Origin: Minisyncoccia bacterium
GTDB lineage: Bacteria > Patescibacteriota > Minisyncoccia > Phycocordibacterales > Phycocordibacteraceae
Direction of reading: 5' to 3'
DNA length: 64,000 bases
Assembly: GCA_038212075.1 (NCBI GenBank)
Contig: JBBQUV010000001.1
Span: 35,200-99,199 of the forward strand
Positions 57,836 to 64,000 of the stretch are shown here, in pieces. Made by a program: the position numbers and the translations under genes. The first letter of the stretch is position 1. Each line of letters starts with the position of its first letter. The notes under the pieces are model-generated. The model saw nothing but the letters and a program-made list of their open reading frames with translations. It had not been told where the DNA came from and ran no database searches.

Positions 57836-58587
57836 CACTTCACGTTTGCGGTGATATAGGTGAAGGCTTCGTCGACGCTATCTACGAGTACAAACAAATC
57901 CATATCTTCAGGGCTTATTGCGCTGTGTTCACCAAGAAGTTTATTCTTAAAAAACTCAAGAAGTGGAGTCCAGTACTCCTTTCCATAGAGAACGATAGGC
58001 ACGCGTTTAATCTTTTTGGTTTGAATAAGGGTGAGAATTTCAAAAAATTCATCGAGTGTGCCAAAACCGCCGGGGAAATAAATGTACACTTCGGAAGCAA
58101 ATGTGAGCATTACTTTGCGCACAAAGAAGTGATCAAAAGTAATAAATTCGGTCAAAAACTTGTTTTCAAACTGTTCCGAAGGAAGGCGAATGTTCAGACC
58201 AACTGACGTGCCACCGGCTTCATAGGCACCCTTGTTTGCTGACTGCATGATGCCGGCGGCGCCACCGGTAATGATGGCAAACCCTGCCTTTGCGAGTTTG
58301 CCCGCAAGCTCTTCTGCTTCTTGATAAAAATGACTTTCAAAGGTTCCGCGGGCAGTACCAAAAATGGAAGCCGCAAGACCATATTTACCCAGAAGATCAA
58401 AACCTTCTGTAAATTCCGACATTATTTTAAACAGACGCCACGACTCAAGCACTTTTGGCTTACACACAAGTGGTGTATGGGTAGTAGGAACTTCATCCTT
58501 CCCTTTTTCAATAGCACGAGTCAAAGCAAGCGCCGTTTCGTGCGTAGTAGGTTGCGTGATGGTTTGTGGTTTTATGTCGTCAGCCAT
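57832..58587 (-). CDS. LOG family (TIGR00730-like) nucleotide phosphoribohydrolase
   Basis: TGG..GIM.SAN.GA, FFVRK, FPGGFGTLDE. Confidence 0.92.
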   Translation of the reverse strand: MADDIKPQTITQPTTHETALALTRAIEKGKDEVPTTHTPLVCKPKVLESWRLFKIMSEFTEGFDLLGKYGLAASIFGTARGTFESHFYQEAEELAGKLAKAGFAIITGGAAGIMQSANKGAYEAGGTSVGLNIRLPSEQFENKFLTEFITFDHFFVRKVMLTFASEVYIYFPGGFGTLDEFFEILTLIQTKKIKRVPIVLYGKEYWTPLLEFFKNKLLGEHSAISPEDMDLFVLVDSVDEAFTYITANVKC

Positions 58588-59168
58588 GGAATAGGAAAAG
58601 AACTAAATTCAGGAAGTAGTTTTTTATTATACGCGATGCGTGAAATAACTTTAGCATGGGATAGCGCTCCCGTGAGCGCGTTGTGGGGTTTTGGTTCTTC
58701 TTCTAGTCCGCAATACTTGAGCGCAAAATCTAAATTAATCGCCGAGTGGTGATGCAGAAGCGGCGGCTCCTTCCCTTTCTCAGTCATATGAAGCCAGCAG
58801 AGTGTATGGGTGTCGATGGTGCGATGGGCAAAAGGAAACTCTATGCCGGCACGTCCGCAGGCTGCCTGCACAAAGTCCCTATCATACGAAGGATTTTGCC
58901 CGGCAAATGTTTGATTTTTCGCTCTATCTGTTGCCCACGCTACAAACGCCTTTACGAGCTCCGCCTCTGATTTTTTTGAGGTATCCAGACATTCTTCGCG
59001 AGTAAAACCGTTTACGGCAAGCGCGTCATCAGCAATATGTGCACCATCCCACACGCGACACTCGTCGTAGAACTGATTTGTGGGCTCGTCTAAATCTAGT
59101 GCACCTATAGAAAGTATGGAATTTTTTTCAGCGCTTACTCCACTGCCTTCAACATCAAGAACAATCAT
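58572..59168 (-). CDS. DEDDh 3'-5' exonuclease
   Basis: LDVEGSG, QNPSYD, IDT, HNALTGA. Confidence 0.85.
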   Translation of the reverse strand: MIVLDVEGSGVSAEKNSILSIGALDLDEPTNQFYDECRVWDGAHIADDALAVNGFTREECLDTSKKSEAELVKAFVAWATDRAKNQTFAGQNPSYDRDFVQAACGRAGIEFPFAHRTIDTHTLCWLHMTEKGKEPPLLHHHSAINLDFALKYCGLEEEPKPHNALTGALSHAKVISRIAYNKKLLPEFSSFPIPWLTT

Positions 59169-59189
59169 TAGTCCCAGTGTAGCAGACGG

Positions 59190-59618
59190 CTACATTCCCT
59201 TGCAGTTTGTTGCCGCAGTGTAGCCTGCGGCTTCTGCCGCCGCGCGGGTCGGGAACCACACTTTGTTTTCCTCTTTAATCAGCTTCACTGTCCCGCACCA
59301 CGGAAAGTAGTACTTACTGCCTGTTTTAGCCGCTACCACCTGCCCGTCAGTGGCCACGGGCGCGGTGACCGGAATAGGAGTGATAACGGCAGCCGCGGCG
59401 GCCGCAGGCTGGGTGTAAGCACTTGTAGTGCCCCCAAGCGGGGTTGTAGTGGGTGTTTCGCCTATAGTGAGGTTGCTCCCCGCCTGTCCTTTCCCTTCAA
59501 GAATGCCAAGGCCAAAGCTGGCTGTAGAGCTCAAAATAACGATGCCGGCGATAAGCCAAGCCCCAGGAATACGGCCTAGGTGCGCCTTGCCCGCATCTGT
59601 TAGGTCTGCTATAGTCAT
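59190..59618 (-). CDS. Membrane protein with Ada-like metal-binding C-terminal domain
   Basis: VAAKTGSKYYFPWC...IKEENKVWF...AEAAGYTAATNC. Confidence 0.8.
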   Translation of the reverse strand: MTIADLTDAGKAHLGRIPGAWLIAGIVILSSTASFGLGILEGKGQAGSNLTIGETPTTTPLGGTTSAYTQPAAAAAAVITPIPVTAPVATDGQVVAAKTGSKYYFPWCGTVKLIKEENKVWFPTRAAAEAAGYTAATNCKGM

Positions 59619-59637
59619 GCAGTAAAAGCATACCACT

Positions 59638-59910
59638 ATGGCATCAACAAAAGCTGGAGGATCCGCAAAGAACCTGAATGACTCAAACCCGAAATACCTC
59701 GGGGTTAAGCTTGGTGACGGTCAGACCGTAAAGTCCGGTCAGATTATTGTGCGCCAGCGCGGTACCAAAATTGAGGCGGGAAAGAATGTTCGTGTTGGCC
59801 GCGACCACACGCTCTACGCTTCATCTGCTGGCGTTGTCTCCTTTCGTGATCGTCGCAAGACGGGTTTTGATGGACGAGTTATGCGTAAGAAAGTTGTTGA
59901 TGTAGCGTAA
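59638..59910 (+). CDS. rpmA: 50S ribosomal protein L27
   Basis: [30 protein letters not shown]. Confidence 0.97.
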   Translation: MASTKAGGSAKNLNDSNPKYLGVKLGDGQTVKSGQIIVRQRGTKIEAGKNVRVGRDHTLYASSAGVVSFRDRRKTGFDGRVMRKKVVDVA

Positions 59911-59926
59911 GCACATCTTTCAGGAC

Positions 59927-59962
59927 AAAAGGAAAACCCCGCTCGCGCGGGGTTTTCCTTTT
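59927..59962. terminator. Bidirectional terminator between rpmA and rplI
   Basis: aaaaggaaaaccccgc-tcgc-gcggggttttcctttt. Confidence 0.85.
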
Positions 59963-59976
59963 GTTGAACCGAGGAT

Positions 59977-60402
59977 TTATTCAGCCTCAATAGTGATGGA
60001 AAACGTTCCGAACTGGTCCCCGTTTGAAACAGGAATCTCAAAAGTACCAGCTTCTTTTATTGGCTTTTCAAGCGCTATCACTTCCACGGGAAGCTGTGCG
60101 GCGGTAGCAATTTCTGTTGCGTCTACTGCGTCGTACAAGTGCCCTTTTTCGTTTACTTTCTTGCGAATAACCACTGAACCTTCTGCAAGTGCCACAATGC
60201 GTTCTGCCACCAATGCCTTGCTTACATCACGCTTCGCATCTACCTGCTTTTTGCGCATTTCAGCGTCCTTTTTTGCTTGGGGAGTTGCAAGAACCGCCAT
60301 GCGCTTTGGAATAAGAAAATTAAGGGCGTGACCGTCCTTAACTTCAATCATTTCGTGGGCTCGTCCCGTGTCCTTTACGTCTCGCGTCAATATAACTTTC
60401 AT
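59977..60402 (-). CDS. rplI: 50S ribosomal protein L9
   Basis: MKVILTRDV, VKDGHALNFLIPK, GHLY, PIKEAG. Confidence 0.95.
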   Translation of the reverse strand: MKVILTRDVKDTGRAHEMIEVKDGHALNFLIPKRMAVLATPQAKKDAEMRKKQVDAKRDVSKALVAERIVALAEGSVVIRKKVNEKGHLYDAVDATEIATAAQLPVEVIALEKPIKEAGTFEIPVSNGDQFGTFSITIEAE

Positions 60403-60441
60403 AGTTGTGCCATCCTATCCTGTTTAGTCCCCCTCTGCAAC

Positions 60442-61365
60442 TTATAAAGATGTCGCCGATGCTGTGTCTTGGGGCACTTCAACTACCGTGCTTTGTGTGG
60501 CGTCAAAGATAAGGAATCCTACAATAAGGAGTAACAGACAGAAGGCGCCACCAAATATCTCTACTAAGCCAGTACGCAAGTGGACCACAATGGCGATAGA
60601 CAAGAGAATGAGCACACAGCCAGCAAGCGCCGAAAGAATATAAATAATAGTGTGGGTTGGTGAAGTCATTACTTGGTCTATAAAACCAAGAACGGTTTGT
60701 GTTTCTGCCCCCAACACTTTTTTGGTGCCAGTGTTCGCGTTTACGCTATCAGCACTAGTCGGTATCTTGCCTGTTACCACTGGCGCAGGTTTTGCAAATA
60801 GTTGTACCACAAAGGTTACTTGCTCCCCCTTGTACATACCGTCTGCGGTCGCAATACCGATGCGTGTGTATTGGGGTTTTACGATGTTTGCTCGATGCGT
60901 TGGCGAGTTCATCCACGCTGACTCAACGTCCTTTGAGTCAGAAAAGTTTACCGCAAGATTTTCACCCGCATATTCATATGTATAACCAAGCACATCAAAC
61001 CAGTGCCATGGTTGGTACCCTTCTGGCGTCACGTGGGCAAAATATCCCTTTGCTGCCATGTCGTTTGCTTTCAGCTGTGCCGCTTGGTCGAGTAGTGGGT
61101 CTTCGATAAGTGCGTCAAGTTTTTGTGTTTGTCGGTCGGCGTTGGTAAGTGAAATGAGTGCGCCCGGAAGCACCGATGCAAGAAAATTTCCTTTCCCAAA
61201 TCCACTACTTGAAGTAAGAAAGTATGCGCCTTGAAGCACACCCACCATCACTACGACGGCAATAACTGAAGAGTAAGCAAAAATTTGCGGGCTGTATTGA
61301 TTTTCTTTATGCGGTACAAGAAAATTGTGAACGCGATGATGGAGCGCTTTGTGGTTTTTTTTCAT
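60442..61365 (-). CDS. CAP (SCP) domain membrane protein
   Basis: KANDMAAKGYFAH, AGENLA, AWMNSPTHRANI. Confidence 0.93.
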   Translation of the reverse strand: MKKNHKALHHRVHNFLVPHKENQYSPQIFAYSSVIAVVVMVGVLQGAYFLTSSSGFGKGNFLASVLPGALISLTNADRQTQKLDALIEDPLLDQAAQLKANDMAAKGYFAHVTPEGYQPWHWFDVLGYTYEYAGENLAVNFSDSKDVESAWMNSPTHRANIVKPQYTRIGIATADGMYKGEQVTFVVQLFAKPAPVVTGKIPTSADSVNANTGTKKVLGAETQTVLGFIDQVMTSPTHTIIYILSALAGCVLILLSIAIVVHLRTGLVEIFGGAFCLLLLIVGFLIFDATQSTVVEVPQDTASATSL

Positions 61366-61430
61366 ACTAGCCACCGCGACTTATTGTTTCTTGCCGCACG
61401 AGTGATACTTGCGTGGCGTGCCGTACCCAT
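61362..61430 (-). CDS. Possible 22-aa uORF coupled (ATGA overlap) to the CAP gene
   Basis: MGTARHASITRAARNNKSRWLV*, preceded by TATACT and GAGGA. Confidence 0.35.
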   Translation of the reverse strand: MGTARHASITRAARNNKSRWLV

Positions 61431-61523
61431 GTGTTCCTCAAGTATAGCAAGTCAGAACAAAGGAATACGACTATACACATCTACAGGGCGCGATTATGAT
61501 CGATGCAAGCTACGCTATAAGGG

Positions 61524-62297
61524 ATGCGATATTTTGCGGTTACCCTGCTTGCGCTTCTTATTTCGCTACCTGCCTATGCCGCAGATACATCGGTGGCGGC
61601 AGGGTTTCCGCCCGGATCACTCTGGCTTTCTAAAACAGCACTGAAGGATGGTGATACCACCACAGTGTTTACCGTGCTCTATAACAGTAGCGATGCATCG
61701 CTTACTGGTGATGCGATATTTTTGGTTGATACTACCGAACTTGCGCGTAAACACTTCGTGCTTGATGTCGGCACCACAGAAGTTGAATCGGTCTCTTGGA
61801 CTGCGGTTACGGGAATGCACACGCTTTCTGCTCGCATAGAAAACGTAACCAATAGCAGTACAAAAGCAAAGACAACCATACAAAGCACCGCGGCTGGAAC
61901 AGTTTCGGTAACGGTGTTGGCTCCTCCACCTCCACCCCCGCCAGTGGTGATTGCGAGCTCTACTCCTGTGGGCGGTGTAGTGCCAATTATTGAAAATGCA
62001 GGAAAAACAATCTATGCGGCCGCTGAGGATGCACGCAAAAGCGGCGCCGCGGCGCTCGCGATCGCGCTTGCTCCGGTGAAAGAAACAACACACGGTTCGG
62101 TGCTTAGTGCAGAAACAGAAAACAGAGTACCGTCTGCGCAAAACGAATCATTTTTTCAAAAATTTTGGAAAGGATTTCTTTCACTTCTCTTATTTATTTT
62201 TCAAACACAGACACTCTTTTACCTTGTTCTTGCTGTTGTTCTGTATTTGCTGTACAAGCTTGCGCGGGTCTTTTTTGCCGAGCGCAGGCGAGCGTAA
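61524..62297 (+). CDS. Secreted Ig/CARDB-like protein with C-terminal TM
   Basis: Signal peptide, SLWLSK, VSWTA..G.HTLSARI, poly-Pro linker. Confidence 0.75.
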   Translation: MRYFAVTLLALLISLPAYAADTSVAAGFPPGSLWLSKTALKDGDTTTVFTVLYNSSDASLTGDAIFLVDTTELARKHFVLDVGTTEVESVSWTAVTGMHTLSARIENVTNSSTKAKTTIQSTAAGTVSVTVLAPPPPPPPVVIASSTPVGGVVPIIENAGKTIYAAAEDARKSGAAALAIALAPVKETTHGSVLSAETENRVPSAQNESFFQKFWKGFLSLLLFIFQTQTLFYLVLAVVLYLLYKLARVFFAERRRA

Positions 62298-62344
62298 TCC
62301 ACAATTCGACAAAAGTGCCTGTTTGATTTATAATAAGAGTATCT

Positions 62345-63865
62345 ATGGAGCGCATTCGGGGTTTTTTCCACTACGTTTCTACTACAGCTCAGTCACTCTG
62401 GGTGAAGTTTCGCGCACTCAAACTCTGGCAACAGGGAGTGTCTGCCGCTGTGCTTCTGGTGGTGGTTGTCTATATGGTTTTGCATATTGGTTCCAGTTCC
62501 GCCGCAATCACCCAAGACACACTCCCAACCGTCCGTCTTGCTTCCCTCTCTTCGCTCACGGCGACTGGTGGTTTGGTAGACGTGGTGGGTACCGTTCGTT
62601 CTGAAAGCGAAGCAAACATACTCGCAAAAACAGGCGGCGTGGTGCAAGTGCTTCACACGAGCCTTGGCTCAGCCGTACCTGCGGGTTTTGTGATTGCTGA
62701 AGTTGAAAACGCGAGTGAGCGTGCGACGGTACTCCAAGCAGAAGGCGCCTATGATGCGGTAATAGCGGCCCGTTCCGCCACTTCTCTTCCAGAAACAGAA
62801 ACACTTGCACGCAGTAGATATCAAGAAGCATATACCACCGTGGACACAGTGCTTCGCGCTGATATTGATACTTTTTTTGGTAATCCAACATCATACGGTC
62901 CTGCACTCCTTATCAGTGCTGGCGGCATTGGTGACCCTACCGCTATTTCTCGACGTCGCGCTGATTTAGATACGCTTATGACCACGTGGCGCAGTCATGT
63001 TGCCACTGCAGATGCAACAAACCCAGCAACCCTTTTGGATGAGGCATACACCAATACACAAACAATCTCTCTCTTCCTTAGCGACTTAGCGGTGATTGCA
63101 AACGAGCGAGATTCTGGAGCAACTGCGACCCAGCTCACGGCGCTTGCTACAGCACGTGCAAGCATTGACGGGCTTCTTTCCACCATTTCCACTGCCCGTA
63201 CTACGTATCGCACGACAAGTACGGGAGCAACGGCGAGCGCAGATGCAAGCGTGAAGCAAGCGCTTGGCGCCTTGAACGGAGCGCAAGCAAATCTTGAAAA
63301 AACACTCGTACGCGCTCCCATTGCCGGCACGGTAAACTTTCTTTCGCTTCATGTTGGGGACTACGTCACATCGCTTTCACACGTAGCAACTGTTGCACAA
63401 AACGGTGCGCTTGAAATTGTCGCTTACGTTTCTATCGATGACCGTGGCGCGCTCACTATTGGCCAACACGTTGCGGTTGCTGGCGGCGGCACAGGCATCA
63501 TTACCTCTGTTTCTCCGGCACTGAACCCAGTGACCAAACAAATTGAAGTGCATATTGCCGTCGAAGGAAAAAGCACGCTTGAAAACGGGCAGGCAGTGCA
63601 CGTGCAACTTGCAAGTACGCCAACCGTACCTGTGACCGCTTCTGGTCCTTTGATGCTTCCCCTTACCACACTCAAACTTACTCCCGCCGCTCGCGTTGTC
63701 TTTTCTGTTGGCGAGGATGGTCGTCTTGTCGCACACCCAGTAGACATTGGTGAAGTGCGTGGTGACCGTATTGAAATTCGTACATCACTTCCGTCAGACT
63801 TGCGCATTGTCGTTGACGCACGCGGGCTTTCTGAAGGTCAAAAGGTAAACGTAGGTGTTGAGTAG
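62345..63865 (+). CDS. RND efflux periplasmic adaptor (HlyD/MFP)
   Basis: VGTVRSESEA, VRAPIAGTV, GLSEGQKV. Confidence 0.9.
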   Translation: MERIRGFFHYVSTTAQSLWVKFRALKLWQQGVSAAVLLVVVVYMVLHIGSSSAAITQDTLPTVRLASLSSLTATGGLVDVVGTVRSESEANILAKTGGVVQVLHTSLGSAVPAGFVIAEVENASERATVLQAEGAYDAVIAARSATSLPETETLARSRYQEAYTTVDTVLRADIDTFFGNPTSYGPALLISAGGIGDPTAISRRRADLDTLMTTWRSHVATADATNPATLLDEAYTNTQTISLFLSDLAVIANERDSGATATQLTALATARASIDGLLSTISTARTTYRTTSTGATASADASVKQALGALNGAQANLEKTLVRAPIAGTVNFLSLHVGDYVTSLSHVATVAQNGALEIVAYVSIDDRGALTIGQHVAVAGGGTGIITSVSPALNPVTKQIEVHIAVEGKSTLENGQAVHVQLASTPTVPVTASGPLMLPLTTLKLTPAARVVFSVGEDGRLVAHPVDIGEVRGDRIEIRTSLPSDLRIVVDARGLSEGQKVNVGVE

Positions 63866-63866
63866 T

Positions 63867-64000
63867 ATGCCTACGCCTCCCTCTTTTATGACGAGGCTTT
63901 GGAGTTTTTTCATCCACAAGCAAAATTTTACGGTTTTTTTGATGGCCGTGCTTCTTATTGGCGGTTTCTATGCCGTTCTCGCCATTCCAAAAGAAGCCAC
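63867..64000 (+). CDS. RND permease (AcrB family), 3'-partial
   Basis: LWSFFIHKQNFTVFLM...GFYAVLAIPKEA N-terminus directly after the MFP gene. Confidence 0.8.
   Translation, partial: MPTPPSFMTRLWSFFIHKQNFTVFLMAVLLIGGFYAVLAIPKEA

Noticed and set aside
1-64000. CRISPR array, rRNA, integrase, transposase or reverse transcriptase
   Set aside because: No regularly spaced repeats, rRNA-like tract or catalytic motifs of these enzymes were seen.
1-64000. UGA recoding (code 25)
   Set aside because: Conserved genes are full length in code 11, and several end in TGA overlapping the next ATG (e.g. pyrB, murG, dprA).

Overview
Gene-dense window that looks like a Patescibacteria (CPR, Parcubacteria-like) chromosome segment in standard code 11. 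This assignment is inferred from the short IF2, tandem TrbC/VirB2-like pilins, lone ParB, apparently leaderless genes and the ApbE/FMN-binding/RnfD-like module. It carries housekeeping genes (rbfA, infB, clpB, rpmG, miaA, ahpC, relA/spoT, topA, dprA, serS, dus, dnaX, murG, gltX, lexA, rpmA, rplI), seven tRNAs, a pyrB-C-D-E-F cluster, cation transporters, and an accessory tract after tRNA-Gln (~29.5-37 kb) with an AT-rich core. The most striking unexplained signal is a family of ~180-250 nt structured non-coding elements directly 3' of three different tRNAs: Leu-TAA, Trp-CCA and Gln-TTG. Each holds an antisense copy of its own tRNA's 3' end that stops at T54 and is split exactly at the T-stem/acceptor junction (65/66) by a co-varying A-hairpin-GT. 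A shared structured core follows, and the element closes with a degenerate sense copy of the tRNA 3' end. This looks like a retargetable tRNA-recognising RNA or a non-autonomous tRNA-targeted element. Other oddities include a D-loop-interrupted tRNA-Gln 5' duplicate, two orphan structured GC-rich regions, a deletion-frameshifted RnfD-like oxidoreductase, and gene remnants in the island. All protein calls come from motif recognition only; no database searches were run.
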